A DNA stretch of 64,000 nt from Chitinophagia bacterium (GCA_037142775.1 JBAWZY010000003.1:160444-224443); one strand, 5' to 3'; shown: positions 27,478 through 36,586, numbered from the stretch's first letter. Numbers and translations: made by a program. The notes: generated by a model not told the origin, from the letters alone.

Positions 27478-29409
27478 ATGAATATTACTCCCGGCCCATT
27501 GCTGAAACAAATCAACCACCCGGATGACCTCAAAAAAATTTCCCGCGACCAGCTTTTTCAGGTTTGTGAGGAACTCAGACAGTTTATTATAGATGTGGTT
27601 AGCGTACATGGGGGCCATTTTGCCGCCAGTTTGGGAGTAGTAGAACTTTCTGTTGCCCTTCATTATGTGTATCAAACACCCTACGATCAACTGGTATGGG
27701 ATGTGGGTCATCAGGCGTATGGACATAAAATTTTAACTGGCAGACGCGATCAGTTTGTTACGAATAGAAAGTATAAAGGGTTGAGTGGCTTTCCGAAAAG
27801 AAGTGAAAGTGAATTTGACACCTTCGGCGTTGGTCATTCATCTACCTCAATCTCTGCCGCATTGGGTATGGCAATTGCTTCAAAATATAAAGGTGAAAAT
27901 CGAAAATCTGTTGCAGTAATAGGCGATGGTTCTATGACGGCAGGCATGGCATTTGAAGCAATGAATCACGCCGGAGTAGCCGATAGTGATTTGCTAATTA
28001 TTCTGAATGATAATTGCATGAGCATCGACCCCAATGTGGGTGCACTTAAAGAATATTTAACCGATATCAGTACCTCTCCTACCTACAATAAAGTGAGGGA
28101 CGAAGTTTGGAATCTGATGGGCAAACTACCGGTTGGTGAACATTTTAGTAAAGCCATGGCCAGTAAACTTGAAGCCGGGTTAAAAGGGCTGGTGAGCAAT
28201 AGCAGCAACCTCTTTGAAGCATTAAATCTCCGCTACTTTGGTCCGATAGATGGTCATAACATTACCAAACTCGTAGATACATTAAGCGACTTACGCGAAA
28301 TTCCGGGTCCGAAATTATTGCATATCATAACCACCAAAGGAAAGGGATATGCGCTTGCAGAAAAAGATCAAACCAAATGGCATGCACCGGGATTGTTTGA
28401 TAAGGTAACCGGAGAAATTTTCCGCAAATCTGTAACCTCACCGCAACCTCCAAAATATCAGGACGTTTTTGGACATACCATCGTTGAATTGGCGGAACAA
28501 AATCCGCTCGTGATGGGAATTACGCCAGCGATGCCTAGCGGTTCTTCCCTAAAAATTATGATGGAAAAAATGCCAAACCGCGCATTTGATGTGGGTATTT
28601 GTGAGCAGCACGCTGTTACGGTTAGTGCTGGTTTGGCAACTCAGGGTATGCGGGTATTTTGCAACATCTATTCGTCCTTTATTCAAAGAGGATATGATCA
28701 GGTGGTACATGATGTTGCGATTCAAAAATTGCCGGTTGTTTTTTGTTTAGACAGGGCCGGTTTGGTTGGGGAGGATGGCCCTACCCATCATGGCTGTTAT
28801 GATATAGCCTTTTTACGCTGCATTCCGCACATCATTATCAGTGCTCCAATGAATGAACAGGAATTGCGGAATCTGATGTATACCGCTCAGTTGGAAACCC
28901 AACAACTACCCTTTGTAATTCGGTATCCCCGAGGTGAAGGAGTTATGCCAGAATGGAGAACCCCGCTCGAATCGGTTTCCATTGGTAAAGGAAGGAAATT
29001 AAAGGACGGACAAGATGTAGCAATTCTTTCGCTTGGACATCCAGGTAATTTTGCTCAGGCGGCAATTCGCCAATTACGCTCAAAAGGTATAGACCCTGCT
29101 CATTACGACCTTCGTTTTGTAAAACCTATAGATGAAGAAATGCTGCATGAAGTATTTTCCAACTATTCAAAAATTGTTACAGTGGAAGATGGTACAGTAG
29201 TGGGAGGATTTGGCTCAGCCGTTCTCGAGTTTATGAATGCGAACCGTTATCAGGCAGAAGTAACTATTTTAGGTATTCCGGACAGATTGGTAGAACATGG
29301 CTCTCCAAAAGAATTACACCGAGAATGTGAATACGACGCACTCGCAATTGAAGAAGCAGTGCTTACACTGGTGAAAGAAAAAATCGCAGTTGAAAAATTG
29401 ATACAGTAA
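27478..29409 (+). CDS. dxs: 1-deoxy-D-xylulose-5-phosphate synthase
   Basis: GGHFAASLG.VEL, WDVGHQAY.HK, GHSSTSIS, GDGSMT.G, ILNDN, DRAGLVGEDGPTHHG. Start moved to the ATG at 27478. Confidence 0.97.
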   Translation: MNITPGPLLKQINHPDDLKKISRDQLFQVCEELRQFIIDVVSVHGGHFAASLGVVELSVALHYVYQTPYDQLVWDVGHQAYGHKILTGRRDQFVTNRKYKGLSGFPKRSESEFDTFGVGHSSTSISAALGMAIASKYKGENRKSVAVIGDGSMTAGMAFEAMNHAGVADSDLLIILNDNCMSIDPNVGALKEYLTDISTSPTYNKVRDEVWNLMGKLPVGEHFSKAMASKLEAGLKGLVSNSSNLFEALNLRYFGPIDGHNITKLVDTLSDLREIPGPKLLHIITTKGKGYALAEKDQTKWHAPGLFDKVTGEIFRKSVTSPQPPKYQDVFGHTIVELAEQNPLVMGITPAMPSGSSLKIMMEKMPNRAFDVGICEQHAVTVSAGLATQGMRVFCNIYSSFIQRGYDQVVHDVAIQKLPVVFCLDRAGLVGEDGPTHHGCYDIAFLRCIPHIIISAPMNEQELRNLMYTAQLETQQLPFVIRYPRGEGVMPEWRTPLESVSIGKGRKLKDGQDVAILSLGHPGNFAQAAIRQLRSKGIDPAHYDLRFVKPIDEEMLHEVFSNYSKIVTVEDGTVVGGFGSAVLEFMNANRYQAEVTILGIPDRLVEHGSPKELHRECEYDALAIEEAVLTLVKEKIAVEKLIQ

Positions 29410-29418
29410 ACATTTCAG

Positions 29419-30255
29419 CTATTCTGCTGAAGGAGTTGCTGGAAAACTTGATTCATTGTCGGTAAGTTCAGCTGTTGATGCGAGACCTTCAGATTCTATC
29501 TCAGCTTCGCGATTTTCGTTCCATTCAACAATGAAATTGTTCATCCCTTGTCCAACACTTAGCCGCATATATTTTTGCTGAGCCAGTTCCAATATAGAAA
29601 GGAAAAGAAAAATTGCGTGGATTTTGTTTTCACAAACATCAAAAACTTTTTCAAAAGAAACCATTTTCTCACGCTCTAACAAACTTAACATGTAGTCACG
29701 ACTACCCTCCATCGTATAATTGTAGGGCACAACGGTGTGAACGGGTTTGTTTTGACGCTCTTGCAAGCGAAGCATCACTTTTTCAAATGACTTCATCAGT
29801 TTGAACAAAGTGATATTCTGTATCTCGGTTCCTTCAGCAGCTTCTTCGCCCAGTAATGCAATTTCTCTTTGCAGGTTACCCCGCTTAATCATCAACATCC
29901 TTTCAGCCTCCATTTCAGCCATTTTGATGGCAGCTTCCTTAAACTTTTTATATTCCAGAATTTTATCAATCAATTCCTGGCGTGGGTCAATCTCATTTCC
30001 TGCTGCATCCAGTTCTTTTCTAGGCAATAACAAGCGAGCTTTAATTCGCATTAGGGTAGAAACAAACAGTATAAATTCACTGCTCAATTCAATATTCAGC
30101 TTCTCACCCTGATGAATGAAATCTAAAAAATCTTTAATGATTTTTGTAATGGGAATATTATATATGTCCAGTTCATCGCGTTCAATGAAAAACAGCAATA
30201 AATCGAACGGACCCTCGAACTGTTCTAATTTAATTTGATAACTCGGTTGATTCAC
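29419..30255 (-). CDS. scpA: Segregation and condensation protein A
   Basis: FEGPFDLLLFFI, IKARLLLP, FL.ILEL C-terminal winged helix. The GTG at 30255 is the preferred start. Confidence 0.9.
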   Translation of the reverse strand: MNQPSYQIKLEQFEGPFDLLLFFIERDELDIYNIPITKIIKDFLDFIHQGEKLNIELSSEFILFVSTLMRIKARLLLPRKELDAAGNEIDPRQELIDKILEYKKFKEAAIKMAEMEAERMLMIKRGNLQREIALLGEEAAEGTEIQNITLFKLMKSFEKVMLRLQERQNKPVHTVVPYNYTMEGSRDYMLSLLEREKMVSFEKVFDVCENKIHAIFLFLSILELAQQKYMRLSVGQGMNNFIVEWNENREAEIESEGLASTAELTDNESSFPATPSAE

Positions 30256-30340
30256 TACACTACAATTTTGCCACAAAGAAAATTGAAAACCCGCAATATA
30301 CACCCCGGTGAATAGTCAAGTTATCCACCAAAAATCGAAA

Positions 30341-30358
30341 AACTAGGGTGAAACCCTA
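30341..30358 (-). terminator. Possible intrinsic terminator after mscL
   Basis: Minus strand TAGGGT-TTC-ACCCTA hairpin followed by GTTTTTCGATTTTT. The stem begins with the mscL stop codon. Confidence 0.35.
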
Positions 30359-30784
30359 TTTTTTAAGGGAATCCCGAATTTCCATCAAAAGCTGATCGGT
30401 GCTGGATGGACCCGGTTTGGGTGCTGGCGGGGCTTCATTTTTAAGTCGATTGATTGCCTTAATAATCAAAAAAATTACAAAAGCCACCACTATAAAATCT
30501 ATTAAATTGGTAATGAATGCCCCATATTTTACTTCAACTGCCGGACTCCCTGCAGAAACCAAGGCTCCTGTGGCATCTTTCACCTCGGCGCCTGCTTTCT
30601 TTAATACCAAAACCTTGTCTGAAAAATCTACCCCACCGGTTAACATGCCTACTAATGGCATTACCATCCCATCTACAAAGGAGGTAACAATTTTGGTAAA
30701 AGTAGCGCCCATTACAAAACCTACTGCAATGTCTATAAGATTACCTTTTACAGCAAATTCCTTAAATTCTTTTATAATTCCCAT
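30356..30784 (-). CDS. mscL: Large-conductance mechanosensitive channel
   Basis: IKEFKEFAVKGNLIDIAVGFVMG, YGAFI..LIDF.VVAF, LLMEIRDSLK. Confidence 0.97.
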   Translation of the reverse strand: MGIIKEFKEFAVKGNLIDIAVGFVMGATFTKIVTSFVDGMVMPLVGMLTGGVDFSDKVLVLKKAGAEVKDATGALVSAGSPAVEVKYGAFITNLIDFIVVAFVIFLIIKAINRLKNEAPPAPKPGPSSTDQLLMEIRDSLKK

Positions 30785-30823
30785 ATGTCAATTTTCTTCA
30801 AAATAATCAAAAAATCTAAAAGA

Positions 30824-31570
30824 TTACTTTTTCAATCCGGGATATTGCATTTTCAGTGAACGCAATAAACTATGCAAGTGCGAAGTAATCAGGTATTCTT
30901 TGTACCAGTTTTGATCGGAAGGGATTATGTGCCAGCGAATCCGATTACAATTATTGAAACAATCCTGGTACATTTTCATATAAACCTTCCATAGTTTCGC
31001 TTCCTCAAAATCGCGTTCATTGTATTTCCATTGTTTCTCTGGATTTTTAATGCGCTCCTGTAATCGCTGATGCTGTTCCTGAGGGGAAACATGCAAATAA
31101 AATTTCAGGATATGTGTATTGCAATGGTTTGTAAGCAGGTGTTCAAAATCGTTGATGGCTTTCATCCGGGATTTTGCCAACTGATCATCACACCATTTGT
31201 GCACCCGGGTAACCAGAACATCTTCATAATGCGAACGATTAAAAAGCTGAATCATTCCCCTCGGAGGAGCTTGCTGATGCACTCTCCATAAAAAATCGTG
31301 CGACAACTCCAATGAAGTAGGTACTTTAAAAGAATAAGACCGAACACCCTGTGGATTTAATTTCCCAAATACGTTTCGAATAACACCATCTTTTCCGCTG
31401 GCATCCATCCCCTGAATTACTACCAAAACAGCATGTTTGCCTTCTGCAAATAATAAATTTTGTAACTCATCCAGCTCCTCGAGCATCTGGATAGTTTTGG
31501 CTTTGGTTTTTTCTTTATCTACTCCCTTAGGGGCTCGTGTACTAATTTTTGATAATTCTACTGATGGCAT
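30824..31570 (-). CDS. ppk2: Polyphosphate kinase 2 (single domain, class III-like)
   Basis: QGMDASGKDG Walker A, FKVPT..E..HDFLWR, FNRSHYE, KWKY, IPSD. Confidence 0.9.
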   Translation of the reverse strand: MPSVELSKISTRAPKGVDKEKTKAKTIQMLEELDELQNLLFAEGKHAVLVVIQGMDASGKDGVIRNVFGKLNPQGVRSYSFKVPTSLELSHDFLWRVHQQAPPRGMIQLFNRSHYEDVLVTRVHKWCDDQLAKSRMKAINDFEHLLTNHCNTHILKFYLHVSPQEQHQRLQERIKNPEKQWKYNERDFEEAKLWKVYMKMYQDCFNNCNRIRWHIIPSDQNWYKEYLITSHLHSLLRSLKMQYPGLKK

Positions 31571-31637
31571 ACCTAAATAGTTTAATTAAAAATATTCATT
31601 TGTTATAATAAATGAGGATTTTTGCAAAAATCTAAAC

Positions 31638-32522
31638 ATGCAGCGTACCTGGGTTCATTGGATATTATTTCTCTCACTTTGTGTAATTTGGGGGAGTTCT
31701 TTTTTTTTAATGAAGGAGGGCATGCTACAGTTAACTGCCTATCAGGTTGCGTCTATTAGAATGATAAGCGCCGGAATCGTTCTGACTCCTTTTGTAAAAA
31801 GAGCCTTGCAATCTATACCGAAACATCAGGTGGGAAAAGTTGTGTTATCTGGTCTCCTGGGCAGTTTCTTCCCGGCTTATCTTTTTTGTATGGCGGAAAC
31901 CAAGATAGACAGTGCGCTTGCCGGTATATTGAATGCACTAACACCCCTATTCACACTCCTGGTAGGCATTTTCTTTTTTGGATTACAAGCCAGGCTGATA
32001 CAAATCATTGGAACATTAATTGGATTCATTGGTTTATGTATGCTGATGATTTCGGGAACGGGATTTCAATGGGGCAATATCAGCTATTCATTATTAGTGT
32101 TGCTGGCAACATTATTATATGGAATTAATGTAAATATGGTTGGAAGGTATATGCAAGGTGTGGGGGCACTCAATATTGCTGCGCTGGCATTTGTACTTTT
32201 AATTATTCCTGCCGGATTGATTTTGGTTTCAACCGGATTTTTTCAGCTCAATTTTTCCTCAAAAGCAGTAATTAGCTCTGTTGGGGCAGCTTCCATTCTT
32301 GGCATTGGAGGAACTGCAATAGCAAGCATCCTTTTTTATATGCTCGTAAAAAGAGCTGGTGCTGTATTTGCATCAATGGTAACCTATGGAATTCCTTTCG
32401 TAGCAGTTGCCTGGGGATTATTAAGGAATGAACATATAAACGCTCATCAACTTTTTTGCTTACTGATAATTTTAGTAGGAGTGTACCTGGTAAATAAAAA
32501 AGAAAAGCCTACAAAAGGATAA
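31638..32522 (+). CDS. EamA/DMT-family transporter
   Basis: Ten TM helices in two repeats, IWGSSF, SALAGILNALTPLF. Confidence 0.9.
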   Translation: MQRTWVHWILFLSLCVIWGSSFFLMKEGMLQLTAYQVASIRMISAGIVLTPFVKRALQSIPKHQVGKVVLSGLLGSFFPAYLFCMAETKIDSALAGILNALTPLFTLLVGIFFFGLQARLIQIIGTLIGFIGLCMLMISGTGFQWGNISYSLLVLLATLLYGINVNMVGRYMQGVGALNIAALAFVLLIIPAGLILVSTGFFQLNFSSKAVISSVGAASILGIGGTAIASILFYMLVKRAGAVFASMVTYGIPFVAVAWGLLRNEHINAHQLFCLLIILVGVYLVNKKEKPTKG

Positions 32523-32542
32523 AATAAATTACAGTCGTTTAT

Positions 32543-33106
32543 TTACACAGACATCATTTCTTTTTCCTTAGCAGCCAAATGTTTATCTACTAAAAGAATA
32601 AACCGGTCGGTTAATTCCTGAATCCCTTTTTCTGCATCTTTTGCGGCATCTTCACTTAATCCATCTTTTTGTAACTTCTTGATTTGCTCAATAGCATCTC
32701 TGCGGATATTGCGGATAGCTACTTTAGAATGTTCACCTTCCCCACTGGCTTTTTTGAATAATTCTTTTCTTCTTTCCTCCGTAAGCGGAGGTAAAAATAA
32801 GCGAATCTGATTCCCATCGTTTTGCGGTGTGATACCGATATTAGCCTGCATAATCGATCTTTCTATAGGAGATAACATATTCTTCTCCCAGGGCTGGATA
32901 CTGATGGTTCTTACATCCAATACCGAAATGTTGGCTACCTGTGCAATAGGAGTAGGGGAACCATAATATTCCACCATTATTCCATCCAACATGGTAACAC
33001 TTGCTTTTCCGGCCCTAATTTTGGTTAGTTCCGTTTCCAAATGCGAGATTCCTTTACGCATACTATCTTCCGCTTCTTCAGCAATCAGTAATAATTCTTC
33101 CGACAT
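32543..33106 (-). CDS. frr: Ribosome recycling factor
   Basis: IRAGKAS, YYGSPTP, PLTEERRKEL, IRNIRRDA. Confidence 0.97.
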   Translation of the reverse strand: MSEELLLIAEEAEDSMRKGISHLETELTKIRAGKASVTMLDGIMVEYYGSPTPIAQVANISVLDVRTISIQPWEKNMLSPIERSIMQANIGITPQNDGNQIRLFLPPLTEERRKELFKKASGEGEHSKVAIRNIRRDAIEQIKKLQKDGLSEDAAKDAEKGIQELTDRFILLVDKHLAAKEKEMMSV

Positions 33107-33195
33107 AACCTAGATTTTGGATGTGCAAGGTACAAAATTGTTACAAGTTTCCCCCATAGCCCGCTGCAGTAACACAGTAACTGAAATCTCTCACT

Positions 33196-33203
33196 TATAT
33201 TTG
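33196..33203 (+). promoter_or_regulatory. -7 element (TATATTTG) for the transketolase gene
   Basis: Exact TAnnTTTG match 18 nt upstream of the ATG at 33222, which supports that start over the ORF-track start at 33117. Confidence 0.6.
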
Positions 33204-33221
33204 CATTCTAAGCACTATACA

Positions 33222-34061
33222 ATGACAGTTCAGGAATTAGAAAAATTAGCTACCCAAATCAGAAGGGATATTGTTAGAATGGTACATGGGGTTCAAAGCG
33301 GACATCCCGGAGGTTCCTTAGGCTGTACCGATTTTCTTACAGCCTTATACTTTGAGGTAATGAAAAGGAATGCCAATTTCACAATGGATGGTGTGGGTGA
33401 GGATGTTTTTTTTCTTTCGAACGGACATATTTCTCCCTTATTTTATTCGGTTTTGGCCAGAGCCGGTTATTTTCAAGTAAATGAACTGGCAAGTTTTAGA
33501 AAAATCAATTCCCGTTTACAAGGTCACCCAACCACACACGAACATTTACCCGGTGTAAGAATTGCAAGTGGTTCGCTTGGGCAGGGGTTGAGTGTTGCCC
33601 TGGGTGCCGCATTAGCAAAAAAATTAAATAAAGATAATACCCTTGTTTATTGCTTAACCGGAGATGGCGAATTAAATGAAGGCCAAAATTGGGAAGCCAT
33701 TTTAGGAGCAGCCCACCACAAAGCCGACAACCTGATAGCAACTGTAGACTGGAATGGTCAACAAATTGATGGCTCAACCACACAGGTGATGAATCTGGGA
33801 GATCTGGCTGCTAAATTCTCATCCTTTGGATGGATAGTGCAGCAGATGGATGGCAACAACATGACGGAAATTTTGGCTACCCTGCATGCTGCAAAATCTG
33901 TCGCATTTCAGGGCCAACCCATTGTGATATTAATGAAAACAGAAATGGGTAAAGGTGTTTCATTTATGGAGGGTAGCCATGAATGGCATGGCATTGCCCC
34001 CAGCGATGCTCAACTGGCCGCTGCACTTGAGCAATTACCCGAAACAATTGGAGATTATTGA
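33222..34061 (+). CDS. Transketolase, N-terminal (TPP-binding) subunit only
   Basis: SGHPGGSLG, LSNGH, LQGHP, GSLGQG, GDGELNEG, N..QIDG, WHG. About 280 aa, without the C-terminal domains. Confidence 0.93.
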   Translation: MTVQELEKLATQIRRDIVRMVHGVQSGHPGGSLGCTDFLTALYFEVMKRNANFTMDGVGEDVFFLSNGHISPLFYSVLARAGYFQVNELASFRKINSRLQGHPTTHEHLPGVRIASGSLGQGLSVALGAALAKKLNKDNTLVYCLTGDGELNEGQNWEAILGAAHHKADNLIATVDWNGQQIDGSTTQVMNLGDLAAKFSSFGWIVQQMDGNNMTEILATLHAAKSVAFQGQPIVILMKTEMGKGVSFMEGSHEWHGIAPSDAQLAAALEQLPETIGDY

Positions 34062-34088
34062 AGTGATTGATTATTTATAGAAGTGGTA

Positions 34089-34142
34089 TATACAAATTTA
34101 TCAAAAGTTTCTAAATTTAGAAACTTTTGATAAATTTGTATA
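34089..34142. repeat. Perfect 54-bp palindrome (27-bp arms, no loop)
   Basis: TATACAAATTTATCAAAAGTTTCTAAA|TTTAGAAACTTTTGATAAATTTGTATA, checked base by base. The first mismatch is 34088/34143. Confidence 0.98.
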
Positions 34143-34158
34143 CTTCAATTTGTGAGAG

Positions 34159-34491
34159 ATGCGATTGTTTGAAACAAAGTTTTTGGAGGAAGCGGATGAA
34201 TTTATTGCTACCCTTGATTTGAAAACAATAAAAAAAATACTTTACAATATCGATTTAGCCGAGCAATCGAATGATCCCAAGTTATTTAAGAAATTGCAGA
34301 ACTAAATTTGGGAGTTTAGAACCAATTTTTTGGGGAAACAAATCAGGTTACTTGCTTTTTGGGATAAATCTGATAAACTGAAAACATTCGTAATTGCAAC
34401 CCATGGATTTATAAAAAAAGTTGATAACGTTCCTTCAAATGAAATTGAACGGGCTGAAAGATTAAGAAGAAGATATTTCAATATCCCCTAA
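34159..34491 (+). pseudogene. RelE/HigB (phage Gp49-like) toxin with in-frame nonsense codon
   Basis: Hand translation MRLFETKFLEEADEFIATLDLKTIKKILYNIDLAEQSNDPKLFKKLQN*IWEFRTNFLGKQIRLLAFWDKSDKLKTFVIATHGFIKKVDNVPSNEIERAERLRRRYFNIP*. TAA at 34303-34305 (codon 49). The WEFR, RLLAFWD and THGFIKK motifs continue in frame after the stop. Not in the ORF track. Confidence 0.85.
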
Positions 34492-34492
34492 A

Positions 34493-34825
34493 ATGTTACC
34501 CATGGCAAATTCAAAGATAAAGACCTATTCCCTTGCTGAGATGAAGGATAAATATATTGGTAAGATAGGTTCAGCAGAGCGCGATACATATGAATATGAA
34601 CTTCGTATGGATTTACTTAGCAAAATGATTAAAGCGGCTAGAAAAAAAAGAAATTTAACGCAGGAAGAATTGGGCAAATTATTAGGGGTACAAAAAGCTC
34701 AGATTTCAAAACTAGAAAGTAGCGTGAACAGTGCGACAATAGATACAATTTTGAAAGTTTTCAATGCACTACATGCCGAGATTAATTTCAATGTAAAAAT
34801 TGAAAGTCATTTTATCAAACTTTAA
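34493..34825 (+). CDS. XRE-family HTH antitoxin (HigA-like)
   Basis: IKAARKKRNLTQEELGKLLGVQKAQISKLE HTH, directly downstream of the toxin (toxin-first order). An alternative start is 34502. Confidence 0.88.
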   Translation: MLPMANSKIKTYSLAEMKDKYIGKIGSAERDTYEYELRMDLLSKMIKAARKKRNLTQEELGKLLGVQKAQISKLESSVNSATIDTILKVFNALHAEINFNVKIESHFIKL

Positions 34826-34892
34826 TGTTTACTTGACCAATTAGCTACTGAGGATTTTTCTTCAAATGTAAATTCAGCCCTAAGAAATAATA

Positions 34893-36113
34893 TTATCCAG
34901 TACTCTTCAAAGAAAAACTCCGCTTTCCTGCCCGATAAGCGGGAATCCACGCTGCAAAAATTGTTATGGCCAATATGGTAGTGCCAACCAGCAGCAAATC
35001 AGTCCATCGAATGGTAACCGGATAGTAATCAATGATAAATGTGCTTCCACCCAATTTGAGCAATTTAAAATGGACTTGTGCCATACATATTATTACAGCC
35101 AAAAACATGCCGATTCCCCCCCCAATTACCCCCAGAATAAGTCCTTCCAATAAAAATATACGTCGAATCCTCACATCCCCTGCACCCATCGCCTTTAGAA
35201 TGGCAATATCTTTTTGCTTTTCTAACACTAACATTGTTAAAGATCCAATTATATTGAAGGATGCTACCACTAAAATGAGTGAGAGAATTACATAAATAAA
35301 CCATTTCTCTGTTTTCATCACCCGATATAATCCCATATTTTGCTGATAGCGGGTTTCCACCTGGAATTCCTTACCTAACTGTTTTTGTAAAGTCTGCTGC
35401 ACTTTACTTACATCTTCCCGAACTTTAATTTCTAAACCGGAATATTCATCTGCCTGCATGCCCAACATAAACTGAAGAAAAGGCAAATTGGTAAAAATGT
35501 ACTTATTATCAAATTCCTGCTGAACTGCAAATGTGCCGGCAGGTTTTACCGAATATGAGTTGAGTCCTTCCTCGGAAGCTAATTTTGCAGCTTGTTTATT
35601 GGGTAAATACAAAATGGCAGGATATTGATATTTTTCAACTTCCACGCCCGCAGCATTTTCAATACCTGCACCCACCACAATGGATGGATTGTCTACTGTT
35701 CCCAATGTAAAGGTACCCCGTAACAAATGTTCGGGCGAGTTGATACGGGTAACCATTGTATAGGAACTGTCTACCCCTTTTACTGTTACAATCGCCTGAA
35801 AAGCTCCGTTTAATACTGCTTTTTCTTCCACAACACAACTCACCCCGTAGATTCCCGGTATTGCCCGTATTGAATCGAGTTTTGTATTACTAATAATCAT
35901 TCGCTTTCCCTTTGCAGGAACTACTCGTATATCGGCATAAAAATCGTTGTACAACCCTTTTACCAGATCCTCAAATCCATTAAATACACTTAATACAATT
36001 ACCAGAGAGAGTGCCCCAACTCCAATTGCCACCATGCTGATTCTGGCAATGAGGTTTATTACACTCACTTTTTGTCCGGTTCTAAAATATCTCCAGGCAA
36101 ATAAAAGGTTCAC
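34893..36113 (-). CDS. LolC/LolE-like (FtsX/MacB family) ABC permease
   Basis: AWRYF, VLSVFNGF, VASFNIIGSLTM...EK..DIAILKAMGA, WIPAYRA. GTG start, downstream of rbfA. Confidence 0.88.
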   Translation of the reverse strand: MNLLFAWRYFRTGQKVSVINLIARISMVAIGVGALSLVIVLSVFNGFEDLVKGLYNDFYADIRVVPAKGKRMIISNTKLDSIRAIPGIYGVSCVVEEKAVLNGAFQAIVTVKGVDSSYTMVTRINSPEHLLRGTFTLGTVDNPSIVVGAGIENAAGVEVEKYQYPAILYLPNKQAAKLASEEGLNSYSVKPAGTFAVQQEFDNKYIFTNLPFLQFMLGMQADEYSGLEIKVREDVSKVQQTLQKQLGKEFQVETRYQQNMGLYRVMKTEKWFIYVILSLILVVASFNIIGSLTMLVLEKQKDIAILKAMGAGDVRIRRIFLLEGLILGVIGGGIGMFLAVIICMAQVHFKLLKLGGSTFIIDYYPVTIRWTDLLLVGTTILAITIFAAWIPAYRAGKRSFSLKSTG

Positions 36114-36140
36114 GGGCAGTAGATTGAAAAAATCAGGGTA

Positions 36141-36527
36141 TTACTCGGCTTTTGGGGGTTGTTCTCCACTGGCTTTTTCTTCGGAAATGCTTTTAAATAA
36201 TTCTTCCATTTTAAAAACATAATCCAAGGTATCGTCGCGATAAAAATGTAACACCGGAATCCTACGCAACTGGTGTTTTACCCGCAGGGATAATTCCTTT
36301 TTAATTTCCCAAGCCCTCGACTCAATCGTTTTCATTACCAGATCGGGTTGGGTTACTTGAAACAGGCTCAGGTAAATACGAGCCTCCAGTAGGTCGGGCG
36401 TTACTTTAACTGAAGAGATGGATACCATTCCGCCATCCATCATCGACAGTTCCAGCCTTCTGAAAATATCGTTCAATGCCTCTTGCAAAACCCCCGCCAC
36501 TTGTCGCTGCCTTTTACCTTCCGTCAT
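36141..36527 (-). CDS. rbfA: Ribosome-binding factor A
   Basis: V.VTPDL..AR.YLS, LRRIPVLHFYRDD. Start moved to the ATG at 36527 because the ORF-track TTG lies inside the -7 element. Confidence 0.93.
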   Translation of the reverse strand: MTEGKRQRQVAGVLQEALNDIFRRLELSMMDGGMVSISSVKVTPDLLEARIYLSLFQVTQPDLVMKTIESRAWEIKKELSLRVKHQLRRIPVLHFYRDDTLDYVFKMEELFKSISEEKASGEQPPKAE

Positions 36528-36548
36528 GTTGAAATGATTGATTCCGTA

Positions 36549-36566
36549 CAAAAGTACTTACTTTCG
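36549..36566. promoter_or_regulatory. Back-to-back divergent -7 elements (TACTTTTG minus, for rbfA; TACTTTCG plus, for the ABC exporter)
   Basis: CAAAAGTA at 36549-36556 and TACTTTCG at 36559-36566 in a 59-nt spacer. Confidence 0.5.
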
Positions 36567-36586
36567 GGTGTAAATGCAGTTTCCTG

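Noticed and set aside
30307-30329. Imperfect inverted repeat GGTGAATA-N7-TATCCACC with a DnaA-box-like TTATCCACC upstream of scpA
   Set aside because: Short and mismatched, with a single near-box; insufficient without conservation data.
34303-34305. Programmed readthrough or recoding of the toxin TAA
   Set aside because: TAA is not a Sec/Pyl codon, all other genes use the standard code with TAA stops, and no recoding signal is evident; a simple nonsense mutation or error is more parsimonious.
34062-34892. TA cassette as an IS or other mobile element
   Set aside because: No transposase or integrase, no terminal inverted repeats bracketing the cassette, and no target-site duplication found.
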